Assembly: GCA_002269645.1 (NCBI GenBank)
Contig: NIVC01002882.1
Coordinates: 1 to 64,000, forward strand
Source of the DNA: Macrostomum lignano
Lineage: Eukaryota
Direction: 5' to 3'
DNA length: 64,000 nt
In this document: in pieces, positions 29,207 to 47,223 of the stretch
Numbering within the stretch: the first letter of the stretch is position 1
Layout of the letters: each line of letters opens with the position of its first letter
Notes under the pieces: generated by a model
Told to the model about the DNA's origin: nothing
The model's database searches: none
Seen by the model: only the letters and a program-made list of their open reading frames with translations
Position numbers and translations under genes: made by a program

Positions 29207-31139
29207 TGCTAATGCTTTTTTAGTTTCTGTTCAAGTTTAATTTAAATACAAAACTGTTGTCAAATTTATCATGCAAAATAATATAATTAAAAAAGTTGAA
29301 AAATGCAAACAAGTCTACTACAAGTACTATCAAATAACAATGAGAAAGTATTCAAAGAGAAATTGCACATACCATAATAAACATTTACGAGTACTTATTG
29401 GAGCATTTCATTGGCATGCCTTATTAACTTCTTTTATATGAGCTATTTCATTGATCTAGGCAAGGATCTTAGCCTATGGTAGCAAAATGTGTTTTTGCAA
29501 TGATTTACAACTTAAGGACAAAGAATATTATTATTGTGCATATACTCGTACATTATGCCCTATGCAATATACAGTACATCAGTTGCATGATCTTAAGTAC
29601 ATGTATTGCATATATGTGTAAGGTATATATATGCTTGTACTCAGCAACATCAAAAAGTCGCCATCACAGAAGGTTCTTTCTGTGGTCGCCACTTTTGAAA
29701 GTGCAGGTAAAGCCTCTCATCTTACTGAGTGACATAACTCAGCTACGCCATGGCGGACTTGAGTTTAGGAATGAAGTGGGGGAATGGTTTGCAAGGGTTG
29801 AACGGATTAAAGCTACACCAATCAGTTTTCTTGTAACTTTTAGTTCAGAATAGTTCAAGAGAAACTGCTCACTGGCACATAGAGTGGCAGCTTTACAATG
29901 TTGCTGAGTATAAATATAGATTGTATTTTCTTACTTATGACACAGAAAATAAAGTTGTCAACAATGGTGGTGCTGGGGGGCAAAGAGGGCTGCTGCCCCT
30001 TGGTGACTACCATCCTACCCTCTAAGGGATGACCACTCCCATCCTTCTATGAAGTGACCCACTATAATTTTAGTACGAGCTTGCTATGCTTTTTTGTAAG
30101 ATTTTAGCATAATGCACTGCTCTAATTCTTAAAATTAGAGGGGGTGACCACCCAACCACTGCCCCCCCATAATTGGAAGTGATGCCACTAGTTGTCAATT
30201 CAAAGTTTATTTAGAAAAAATAAATAATAATATGATCCTAGTCATAACTAAAAAATTCTAGGAACCATTACAAAAAGTTTTTCTTCTACATTTCTAAATA
30301 TAACAAGTATATAAATAAAAAGCTAAGTATATTTATAGTAAACGATTAATTTAATTGTTTTAAGGAGACGGATCATCATTTTTAAGTCTATGGCTACTAT
30401 TATTTTACTTTTCTAATATCCTAGTCACAACATCTTAAATGTAATAGATGTCTTCCAATTTTTCAATGAATGAAATTGAAAAATTTAGTTTTATCTTGGC
30501 TTTATCTTTATTGTATTCAATAAAAGAGATTTCTATTGTTCTTTTGTTAAAGTTTTAAGGCAAAGGCTAAAAGTATTAAAAAAGTAATAGTTAGTCGAAG
30601 TTATATATTTTTGCATAAGTTTTGAGAAAAATGTTGCTTATTTAAACAAAAATGCCATAAAACCCTTATTTGGCAATTAGGAATACTATATTTCAATAAT
30701 TATAGGTATATTAAATAGAAGAAAGATTAAGCATGACTTCTATAGTCTGGATCATGCTTGGTGCACACCTGAACAAAAATTGAATAATGATAAATGCATA
30801 CCAAAAAAATTGTGCATAGGCCTACCCATATTCTTAATTATAGGAGTACAAGCTGTTGAAACCCGCGGATTTTGAACCCGGGGAATTCCAATCCCCGGAA
30901 CTACTTTTGCATGTATTCTGAAATCTAAGGCCATACACAAACAAATTAATGTTAGTAGGATAGAGGTAGACATAAAATGGAGCACATTTGTATAAAATTA
31001 GGGTTTGAGGCAAACGTTGATATTGTTTGCTGGGGTACTCCACAGAATGCCAGGCAATGTCTGTCTGACTCTAAAACATGTATTGGCAAACTCTGGCCTC
31101 TCTCTGACTCTCCCTACGTCCGTTAGATCCTTTAAAATT

Positions 31140-32660
<1,521 letters not shown>

Positions 32661-33434
32661 GGCCCGCACATAAGCTGGATTTTTTATCTGGCTTTTGAAG
32701 TAAAAGTCTGCCGATCCCTGCTTGGAAAGCCAGTTTGTGGGACGTACTACTCTCATCGTTATTCTCATGCTTTGATCACGTCATCTTTCTTGCCAATTTG
32801 CAGCCCTAAAAGGAATTTGTGTATCTTCAGCTCCACTGCAGTCTGCATCAGTCTAACAACCAAGGAAATACGCATTTCTTAGGCCATTTAAATTTCAAAG
32901 TACTTTTAAGAGAAACTTAAAATTTCCATGGTGTGCCTAATTTAGTAGGGTTGTATTTCATTGCATCGCATCGCCTATTCATAAATATTTTGCTTTTACA
33001 AACCATGCTGGATTGCCTCGATTTGCCAATTGCCATCCACTGTTAAACTGCTGCAGAGTTTGCCTATACAGAGGGGAGGGCAGTGGTTAGAATTTCTCAC
33101 TAAACTGTTATGGCTAAACGTAGCCTCTCTACTTGTGAGAAGGCTATAAATAAAGTTATTCCAAAACACTGTACATTTGCTATGTACATTCAGTCCTATC
33201 GCCTGACCCTTCGTCTGGCTCTGGGGGAATGAGTGAGTGAGTGGCAGAAACAATAGAAAAAGCAGACAAACTTCATATGCTTACAGTTTCTTTTTCGGTT
33301 GAGTTACAGAGTTGAAACTTTACATTTAGACAGAGAATGAGTCAATGAAGAATTGTGTCAAGTTTGAAGTCAATTGCTTTATGTGGAGCAAACTTATGGC
33401 AGCTGAAAGTTAGTCAATTTTGAAACCCTTTTAC

Positions 33435-33883
33435 ATATCTGGGCCCAGATCGGGAAAGAGAGGCAGGCAGGCGGAGGTTGGGGTGGTTGCTACGCTGAAA
33501 AAAACAGCCTAACTTTAAAAGTGCACAGCACCGCTCAGGATTAACTTTGAGACTCGAAATTTTACACGATTGTGCCAAAATAGTTGAAAATTGTCTGTGT
33601 CAAATTTGAAGAGAATCGGTAGAAGTGGAGCGGCGCTATGGAGGATTTAGTGAAAAAATCGCGCATTTTGAGCAGTTTTTTGTACTTTTAGGTAGGAAGA
33701 CTTGAGTCTAGGAAATTAAAAGGTAGCCTAAGACATTCTCCGTAGTGAGTTTAGGGTGGGTGTAAAGTTTGGTGTAATTTGGTTGAGTGGTTTGGGAGTC
33801 CATAGCGATCAAAATTGTCCACACACAGACACACACACACACACACACAGACACACAGAGTTTTGATTTTTATAGTTAGAGAT
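33435..33883 (+). mobile_element. Possible non-autonomous Helitron/DINE-1-like element
   Basis: Palindrome ATCTGGGCCCAGAT near the left end; (CA)n near the right end followed by TTTTGATTTTTATAGTTAGAGAT, a layout typical of DINE-1/Lep1-like elements (recalled). Confidence 0.4.
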
Positions 33884-36119
33884 TTATTTATTGTAACAAT
33901 AAATGGCCTTTTTTGTGTTGTGATAGTTAATGACCTTTTTGTGCTGTGTAAAGCATATTTTTAGCAAATAATTTGCTTTTTAATCTTTTTTGCCTATACT
34001 GGGCTATCTTTGGTAGAAAATTGATAGGTATAAACATTTGTTTAATTGCTATATTATAAGCTTAAAAACTGGAAAGCTTGAAATTTATGCTTAAAAATAA
34101 ACTTTTTGGAATGATTATTTTTCTAGTTATAAGTAACACTACCTTTTTTATGTGAATTTTATGAAGTGCATGCTAGGTATACACGAATACCATTTTCTTA
34201 GGAGTCCTTCACACCAACTGTGCATGCTAATGTTTGGCATGCAAGGCTAATGTATGCCTACATTTTTAGGTGTATATTACATGATTTGGAGTGTGGCATG
34301 TCATTTGAAGGAGCTATTTGAATAAATCATAAGGGCCAAGCCTAAAGACAAGACATGCTTAAATTGTTTAATCTTTTATAAAATATAGAATAGACAAAAA
34401 GACTTTAGGCTCTAGGGCTTTTTTTAAATGTTACCAAATAAAATCCTAGAAAACACAAATAATGCCTAGAAAATTAGAATCTTAATAAAATTAAAAAACG
34501 AACAAGTTTGCATGTTCCATGACACAATATACTTGTGCAATATAGTAGTATAATTTAAAAGGAGTTTTAGTATATTGGATTGACACAATATTTGACTGTC
34601 TTTACGGACACTACTGGCGACGTTCGAGCTACCTACGTACATGTATCGAATCATGTTGCATTTAAAGCCCATTGTTCAGAGACAACCGTCGTGCCCCCAG
34701 GCATATGAGTGCTGAGTGGTAGATTACTAGGAACACGGCCGCCATGTCCCTATACAAAGAGCTAGGGACACGGTGGCCATGCCGCGAGTCCACATAGCTA
34801 AAGACACGGCCGCTGTGGCTCTAGGCACAGAGTAGCGTGGTAGCTAGGGACACGGCAGCCATGTCCTTAGACATAGAGTTAGAGGCACTGCCGCCGTGTC
34901 CCTAGTCATGGTGATTTAATTATACTATAAACAAAAAAAATTAAAGATTTACTACAATGATAAAAGCATGACAAAGATAAAGGCTTGATAAGCATTCCAT
35001 ACACCAGGTTCATGTTTCCCAGCGGCAGCATGCACTTAACATGATCCAGGATTCTAGAGACCAGAGTAGGCCTATGGCTACTACAGGTCTATACAGTATA
35101 CTATTATTGGCTAATATCTATGCCATGCCTATCACAGTGAATTAACGAGATAAAAAGCTAAAAGCATGCTTATTGGGCTAAAAATTAAAAAGGTAAGCTT
35201 CCAGTTCCATTGCAGTAGCAGTAGGCTACTATGATTCCTGTCTACTAGTACTACTACTCTCTACTAACAAAAAAACTTAAGCATGATATCCATTTATACA
35301 TGTTAAGCATGTTAAGCGCCGGCAAGCAGCATATTTTTATATCGACGAATATGCATATTTTATCTGTCTATTTACAGTTTAGTAAAATTTTTGTAGTGTC
35401 GCTAGGCCCTAGCAATCTAGCATTATTACTTTGAGTTTGGGGGGGGGTGGGCAGTGATTTTTGTACAACTAATTTCGCATTTGAATATCTGCGTAGTTAT
35501 TATTTAAAACAAACTACAACATTAATCTAAAATAAATACTTTTAATTTATAACTAGAGGGATCAATTTGCCGTTAATTAACACTGCTTCTTGTTAATTTT
35601 GGCGAAAAGCATGAGAAATATTTTCAAAACTTAATCGTTTTAAACAGGTGGGTTGTGTAACTATTCATCAAACTAATTTACTTTAAAAAGCATAAATAAT
35701 GCGAATACTAATGCTAAAACTAATACAAATTGAAAAAAATAATCATTAACGTATTTCTACGTTACATCTGTGTGTTTTTGATTTGTATACATGCGCGTAC
35801 ATGTATTGTCATTCATAAAGCTTACGCGTATTTCATAGGTAGATAAAAACATGTCAATGACGACTTACGGTGACTTACGCTTTTCATAACTTTGTTGTCG
35901 AGGTCGTCGAGAGATATTTCATGTACCATTAATGTTACATATGTGGCTTAAAACTTTCTGGAGGTAATGTACACACATACATAAAAATATCCGCTCTGTA
36001 CTGCTGCTCTACCGTCTGTCTCGAAGCGGCCACCAACAACAGCCAGCAACAGCTAGGCCCTGCAGCGGGGGTAGCCGGTATGGGGAGATCTGGGGAGGCT
36101 TCATTTAAGCAGGCGCGAG

Positions 36120-37090
36120 CAACCAGCGGATCGAGGAGGCCTACATGTATATGCGGCTGTCGATCTACAGTATCTGCAGCGTGAGAATTTTGCTGTTGAT
36201 GACGCCCTTCAGGCCGTCTCTATCGCTCGGCCCGATGCGAGAGGTCGCGTGGCCTGCACTGGTCGGCCATCAACACTCTGACTGGAAAGCGGCGCATTCC
36301 GCTAAACCAGGCAGGCCGCGACTCTGCGGACGAGCGCAGGAACGAGCTGCGTCAGTTCTTCGCCGCCATTGTCAACGCGTCGCCACCCAGCCAGCTGCCA
36401 GACAGTCTGACTCTGCCGCCGGAGATGTTGTTGCCGGCAGAGGAGAGTTTCATCAGTCTAGCACCAGTCAGCACAGCCGACGCTGTGACGTCTCGCTTAA
36501 ACATTCACCGGGCGGGAAAGCGCGCGCTGGGTTCGGACGAGGTGCTCATTGAGCGCTGCGCGTTTACCGTGTGGCCATGCAGTGAGGTCGCCGGAGTGAT
36601 GAATCAACTGTCCTGGGTGCCAAGAGACAATTTGACAAGCTAGTTGCTGTTGCAGCGAGTGTCGGCCTGGTGGTCAACACGCAGAAAACCATTATGCTTT
36701 GCGTGCCGGACGACATCGAGGCTGCGATTTTGTGACGAGGAGCTGATGGACAGGCGACGGAGCTCCCGCGTTGTTGAGGATTTGCGGCGTCGATCGCAGC
36801 GGGCTTGCCTAGGCTGCCTTTCGTTCTGTGAGGGCAGTCCTGCAGTCCGAGGCCCTACTCTATTCACTCGAGAATTGCTGTGCCGTCGGCGACTACAACT
36901 GGCAGACCACATTATCTGCACCGAGACGTCCTGCCCACAGCCGGTGCAGGAGGTGCTACTGCTGACGCTGCAGAGGCACCCTTCCGGTGGGTCAGACCCG
37001 CACTCGGCGTTTCGTCGACTGTCTGTTGGCTGACGCCGGCGCCCCGGATTCGGCCGGCGGCTTGGCGTTCGTTTGTGACCTGGCCCTGAG
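36120..37090 (+). mobile_element. Degenerate RTE-clade non-LTR retrotransposon fragment
   Basis: KLVAVAASVGLVVNTQKT (RT C-terminal part), RRRLQLADHIICTETSCPQPVQEVLLL, RRFVDCLLAD; frameshifts and deletions. Confidence 0.7.
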
Positions 37091-37905
37091 GCGCGCTATG
37101 ACGCCGTATTTTGTTTTTGTTGCTGTTGATACACATGTGTACATGTGCATACATGTATGTACACCGAACTGAGGTAAAATTCGATTCCACATTTATAAAG
37201 GCTGATATTCATAAAGCACGATCGTCGGAATGCATACAAGCATATACATGATCGGACAATTTTAACGAGACATTCAAATTCCCTTCTGATGACTGGGTAA
37301 AAGATTGACATAAAAATGCGACGCATACTGGTAAGATACTGCTAAAGATACACGTTTATGCAGCCTGCTACAAGACATTGCCAATTTTATGTAGAAGCTA
37401 GCTAGCTCTGGCTGTAATGAGCCTGTGTTTTTCCCATGTGCAGAGCTGGGCTACTGCGGAGGGGGTCTGTGAATGCGCGGGCCGATGCTGTACGTTGTAC
37501 GAGCTACTTGCCCCACCTGCACCTCCACCTGCATCCTCCACGTGGCATTCAATGGCTGCTCAAAAAACTCCGCTCCAATAGTCGCATGCTCCAATTTGGG
37601 GAGGGAGAGGGATAGAGAAACGCATTCCAGCCTCCCAATGCGGAACAAACAAACTCTTCCCCTCCCTTTCTCGGCCTCACCCATTCAATTCCTTGTCGTA
37701 TAGCTCCCATGCAGAGCTAAAATTTACAAGACTTCCTCCCAAACTGGCCTTCAGAGCAGAGCGTTCGTTATTTCCATCTTTGCTTTCCCTATCACTGCAC
37801 TGTAAAGTGCCATCGATTTTTACCTGTAGCACATCTTGTTGGCTCTCAAATCTTCTGTAGTGTCACCAGATTAGTTGTCAATTATTCCCTTAGGAAACTT
37901 CAAGC

Positions 37906-41303
<3,398 letters not shown>

Positions 41304-43065
41304 TTTGTCGGGTTGCTGTAATTAAATGCCAAAATGTACTTTAACAAAATAAACCTGATGAAAGCGGTAGCTGGGTCAACAAGCGTCCAAGAGTCACTTG
41401 CGTCGCCCCAGAGTCGTTGCAGGTAACATCAGTAGAGTAGGAAGCAAGCGACGAGATGTCACGGCACAAGTCGCTAAAAAGTCGCCAATGAGTTTCCCGA
41501 GAGTGACACTGTGCAGCGTTTTATTGTCTGCAACTTTGAGGGCGACACAAGTAACTCATTGGCGCGACGGTATAGCGACTCTGGGGCCGTAGAGTATCGA
41601 GAGCGAGCGCGCCAGAGTCGCTGTTGAGTCACTGAGTTGTGTTTTGAAGCGCATTTTCGTCGCTTGATGAACTAAAGTCATCTCCACGAAAGTTAAGCGC
41701 CAACACAACTATTTTTGAGCAAACTACTCTCTCGCGACTCTTTTGCTATTCTACAATTAACTCACGCGACGCACTTGTGACGCAGCAGTCGCCTCTCCGT
41801 CGCATTAGACGCGTTTGAGTCGTTAAAAAGTCACAGAAGAGTCGCCCCAGAGTCGCTAGGGTCACTGGAGAGTAGTTTGCAGCGGATCTTTTGCTATTCT
41901 TTTCACGGTTTTCATTTTAACGGGAAGCTCGTGAAGCAAATATTCGCTGCAAAATGCATTAGCAATGTAGAAAGCTTGTGATAGAAAGTACCCAAGGACA
42001 ACTAAAGCAACGTATATACAGGACGCGACACTCACGTTTAAAAAAAGTTTTGAAAGCCACTTTAGATAAATATTTTGCTGGATACTACCGTTTTGCTATT
42101 AACACTTAATTATCTTATTTATCCTTCGAAGAGTTATAAATGGAGTTTAAGGCACGTAAATAATTTTAGATGGTAAGGCATACCTGGTACCTTGTTGAAA
42201 AAAAATGGGTTGCCTTAAGAAAAGTGAAATAAAAAATTAAGTTAAGCCAAAGCCGCGAATGCTATTTTATCTTATAGGGGGATAAATTTCGAAGGTCCCA
42301 GGGGAAAAAAGACATTTCCACGTGCATCCATTCAAATGTGACATTGTTTGGAAAAGTGGCCTTCAAAACATTTACCATAGATTTAGTGTTGCGTCCTTCT
42401 ACTTTAGTAGTCTGCTATACTGCTACTATGCTACTAGTAGTACGTGGGACATACTACATTCCCCCATTTAAGCTGTTTTCAGTGTGGTGAAAAATACACA
42501 TTTTCTGCTCTTATGTGTCGACTTCAGTTTTCTGTGCTGTCGATATTCAATCGTGATTTACCTTACGAGTTCCTACGGTCATTTTTTTATTAAATACTAA
42601 CCAAAATTATTATTTATCAAACTGTGGTTCATACAAGAAGTGCTTATTTTAGCGAATAAGCTGCTTTAGGGCAAAGAAATCTCAAAGTAATGTTAGTTTA
42701 ACGATGTACGGACTAAGATGTCAATTTGCAGTCTCAAAAATCAATAACGAGTATAGCGACTTTGGTAAAATTTAATTTAACGAAAAAACATTTCCTGTCG
42801 CTAAAATATCTAATAAAGCAATTCTACGCTCGCATTATTGAATTGAAATAGTGCAGTTTCAATAAAAAAAGAAACTGATTTTGAATCTACGGATTCAGGT
42901 TTAACGATTTAAACAAAAAATTCTAATCCGTTAAAAAGAATTTGAAATGAAATTTAAAACAGCATGCAGATCTTTAGAAGTTTTTTAGTTATGAAAATAC
43001 AGCTGACGTACAAGTACTTACACATTGAATTAAAAATGTGTTATTGTCTTCAGAAAAAACAATTT

Positions 43066-43815
43066 TCATCGGACACAAGCGACAAATCCAGCAACAACCA
43101 GCGCCGCTCCAAGACCGAAAGTTGAGGACCCGAGCACGACGGCTCCAACGAAGGTCACCCCTCCAGCAGCCAGAGCAATGCCAACTCTATCGCAGCCCTG
43201 CGACACCGTCTGGTCCTCGCAGTCCCTTAGTGAAATAGTAAAATAAATAATTGTGATATTAAAAAAGAGTGATAAAAGGTTAAACGCATCCAACACGGCA
43301 ACAAATTGGCTTCGTACCTCCCATCCGTGTGCTTACAACACTGTCGTTTGCCGCAGAGGGGCTGTCTGGAGAGAGTGTTTAGAAACGAACAACGACAATA
43401 TCATAGAGCATCAGATACTGCTTTTTCAATCATTTATCTAGGAATTCTCTGAGAGGTATCATTTCTACCATACTACATCGGAAGTAATTAATTTTTACTA
43501 TTGTGCTAAGAAAGTGCCAAATCAAATGATCAACTCATGTATGCCCCCTCTGAGACAAGGACCGACCCACTGTAGTATAACATGACGTAAAAACTCCAAG
43601 TTCGTGCAATTTTTGAAGGCTAATGCACCGTGGAGACGGAAAATGTTTTTTCATCACAAAATCAAAGATTGCATTTGATTCTGGGGCAGCCAGCAATGAA
43701 ACAGCTACGAGTTAATTATGTGACTAATAGCCAATAAGTTTGAATTCGAAAAATTGAAATTCACTTACGCCATCTGGCAATCTTTACAATTTTCCACTTC
43801 ACAGCACTGACTCAT
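43066..43815 (-). CDS. Cys/His-motif microprotein copy A (84 aa, hydrophobic tail); exons 43815-43769, 43365-43318, 43225-43066
   Basis: MSQCCEVENCKDCQMAQPLCGKRQCCKHTDGRDCEDQTVSQGCDRVGIALAAGGVTFVGAVVLGSSTFGLGAALVVAGFVACVR; donors GTAAGT and GTACGA, both introns phase 2; same structure in four paralogues. Confidence 0.8.
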
Positions 43816-44426
43816 GATGATCGTTTAATCAGTTAAACAAACCGAGATAACTCAGGCTTGTACTTCGAATTCATTTCTATATCTCCGTCTCAATTAGAGC
43901 TACTGTTTTTCTAGGGTCAAAACACGGTTGTACCTGGTGAGTCACTAGCTACGAGCGTACGTTCGAATTGCCTAGAACAATACTTCACCATAAAAACTAA
44001 AAATAATTTGCTGCAGATTTTTTCGGTTTCAAAAGTTCTTTTAACTTAACAAAACATTCCTGTGACAGGCTTGCGGTATATTGATTGTTTGAGTCATATA
44101 TGACACTATAAGAGTCCCGTAAGACACGAAGTAGAGATACTTCTAAGCCAATCTTATTCTTCATCTAAAATTGATTCTACTCAATTCCAGGCTCAATACC
44201 TACACAGTATTCTGACTGATTTTGTCACTTATAAACGGTACTCTATGGTTGCATCAGTGTTAAATTTAAATCGGTGTTAAACATTAAGAGTGAGAGATCA
44301 AGGAAAGCCAATGAGAAGGAGGATAGGAGAGAGAGCCTGCGCTAGTGAGAGGGGCCATGGCCGCACCGCCACAATAACCGCGCTGTTTCAAAAACTAAAG
44401 ATAGTACGAGATGAGACAGTTGAACT

Positions 44427-45932
44427 AGAGACAGGGGCGCCCACCAAGAGACAGGGGCGTCCACCAAGAGACAGGGGCGCCCACCAAGAGACAGGGACGC
44501 CCACCAAGAGACAGGGGCGCCCACCAAGAGACAGGGGCGCCCACCAAGAGACAGGGGCGTCTACCAAGAGACAGGGGCGTCTACCAAGAGACAGGGGCGC
44601 CCACCAAGAGACAGGGGCGCCCACCAAGAGACAGGGGCGCCCACCAAGAGACAGGGGCGTCCACCAAGAGACAGGGGCACCCACCAAGAGACAGGGGCGC
44701 CCACCAAGAGACAGGGGCGCCCACCAAGAGACAGGGGCGCCCACCAAGAGACAGGGGGCGCCCACCAAGAGACAGGGGCGCCCACCAAGAGACAGGGACG
44801 CCCACCAAGAGACAGGGGCGCCCATCAAAAGACAGGGGCGCCCACCAAGAGACAGGGGCGCCCACCAAGAGACAGGGGCGCCCACCAAGAGACAGGGACG
44901 CCCACCAAAGGACAGGGGTGCCTATCAAAAGACAGGGGCGCCCACCAAGAGACAGGGGCGCCCACCAAGAGACAGGGGCGCCCACCAAGAGACAGGGGCG
45001 CCCACCAAGAAACAGGGGCGCCCACCAAGAGACAGGGGCACCCACCAAGAGACAGGGGCGCCCACCAAGAGACAGGGGCGCCCACCAAGAGACAGGGGCG
45101 CGCACCAAGAGACAGGGGCGCCCACCAAGAGACAGGGGCGTCCACCAAGAGACAGGGTCGCCCACCAAGAGACAGGGGCGTCCACCAAGAGACAGGGTCG
45201 CCCACCAAGAGACAGGGGCGCCCACCAAGAGACAGGGGCGCCCACCAAGAGACAGGGGCGCCCACCAAGAGATAGGGGCGCTCAGCAAGAGACAGGGGGC
45301 GCCCACCAAGAGACAGGGGCGCCTACCAAGAGACAGGGGCGCCCACCAAGAGACAGGGGCGCCCACCAAGAGACAGGGGCGCCCACCAAGAGACAGGGGC
45401 ACCCACCAAGAGACAGGGGCGCCCACCAAGAGACAGGGGCACCCACCAAGAGACAAAGGCGCCCACCAAGAGACAGGGGCGCCCACCAAGAGACAGGGGC
45501 GCCCACCAAGAGACAGGGGCGCCCACCAAGAGACAGGGGCGCCCACCAAGAGACAGGGGCGCCCACCAAGAGACAGGGGCGCTCAGCAAGAGACAGGGGC
45601 ACCCACCAAGAGACAGGGGCGCCCACCAAGAGACAGGGGCGCCCACCAAGAGACAGGGGCGCCCACCAAGAGACAGGGGCGCCCACCAAGAGATAGGGGC
45701 GCTCAGCAAGAGACAGGGGGCGCCCACCAAGAGACAGGGGCGCCTACCAAGAGACAGGGGCGCCCACCAAGAGACAGGGGCGCCCACCAAGAGACAGGGG
45801 CGCCTACCAAAAGACAGGGGCGTTCAGCAAGAGACAGGGGGCGCCCACCAAGAGACAGGGGCGCCCACCAAGAGACAGGGGCGCCCACCAAGAGACAGGG
45901 CGCCCACCAAGAGACAGGGGCATCAACCAAGA
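44427..45932 (+). repeat. 20-bp minisatellite (CCACCAAGAGACAGGGGCGC)
   Basis: About 75 tandem copies. Confidence 0.96.
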
Positions 45933-46479
45933 GACTAAAGACACTTAATTATTGAAAAAGAAGGCTCATTTAAGATAATGAATTAGTAAAAGTTTAAGTC
46001 GTTAAGCGAAAATTTGAAGTTGACCTGACGAATGCATTGACGTTAAGTCGACTGCTGAATTGTTTCTAAGACCAACTGACATGTGAGCCGCATCTGAGTA
46101 GACGGAGAAAGTGATATTTTTAGCAGACAATTTGCTCATCTACATCAAACAGCATATGCCGACACTGTTGCTATAGTGATCAAAGATTTCTGCCGATTCA
46201 AAAACCATGCATGCAGCACGGTTGATGAACTCAGAAATACTCACATGACTTAGTTTATATGTAGCTTTAACACAATCAGCAAGCCGCTTAGCTTCAAATA
46301 GAACCGGCAAGCAAAAGCAAAATCGGCAAGTTAAAAGACAGTAAAATCAGTTGAAATTCCTTGAGTCCCAGTTGGAAGCAATGAACCAGCAACTTTTCTC
46401 TACCTATTTTGGCTATATATTGTTCGACAAAAAGTATCGCAGGGCTGTACAGACTCCGATCCGACCTTCCTACTCAAGG

Positions 46480-47223
46480 ATGACGCAGATCTCCAGATTA
46501 CTCAATGCGCTGCTGATTCTGCAGACCCTTCAGTCGGTGACGGCTCCGTGCCCTGCTCCGTTTCAACTCGAATCCGGCAGGTGCGTGTTTGTTAAAATGG
46601 CCCACAATTACACCTGGTGCGAGGCCAATCAACGATGCCAGGAGATGGGAGGCGAGCTGTTGAACCAGTACGAATCGCTGAAGTTGCTGCACCAAATGCC
46701 CAGCGTGAGCTGCACTCACTGCAAGCTGTGGTTCGGACTGAGCGACCTGGCTGATGAGAGAGACACCAAAAGGGGAGGCTGGCAGCGAGTCAATGACAAT
46801 GGAAAACTGCCTTACGACGCCTCACTGTGGTACACTGGCATGCCTAGCAGCGTTGGCAACCAAGACTGCATCGCCAGCTCCTCGTACACAGTGAAATTCA
46901 TTGATAACGACTGCTCGAACTTGCGCGGATTCGTCTGCGAGTACGTGGACCCGGAGGCGTCACCAGCGGTGGATTTCTGCAAGGCCAAATGGAAGCAGAC
47001 TGAGTTTAGGCGGACCAGCTACAACCCGAGCGGCAAGTACTGCTTCAAGGATGTCCCGGTGGACACCCTGGCGCAGTGCATAATGGCCGCGACTGCTGAT
47101 CGAAGCGCGAGGCGCGTGTTGTACAACACCAAGACGAACAAGTGCCGTCTGCTGCTGTTCACGGATGCTCAGGTGGAGCAGTGGATCGAGACTGGAGCCA
47201 ACTGGGTCAAATACAGCCTTTGA
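46480..47223 (+). CDS. Secreted C-type lectin domain protein with C-terminal PAN/apple-like module, 247 aa, intronless
   Basis: Signal peptide MTQISRLLNALLILQTLQSVTA; CPAPF...GRCVFV, TWCEANQRCQEMGGEL, LWFGLSD, NQDC, C...RGFVCE; then C...TLAQC...VLYNTKTNKCRL. Confidence 0.88.
   Translation: MTQISRLLNALLILQTLQSVTAPCPAPFQLESGRCVFVKMAHNYTWCEANQRCQEMGGELLNQYESLKLLHQMPSVSCTHCKLWFGLSDLADERDTKRGGWQRVNDNGKLPYDASLWYTGMPSSVGNQDCIASSSYTVKFIDNDCSNLRGFVCEYVDPEASPAVDFCKAKWKQTEFRRTSYNPSGKYCFKDVPVDTLAQCIMAATADRSARRVLYNTKTNKCRLLLFTDAQVEQWIETGANWVKYSL

Noticed and set aside
29960-30192. Degenerate GC-rich MITE-like segment; similar short one at 38622-38704
   Set aside because: TIRs too decayed and no TSD could be confirmed
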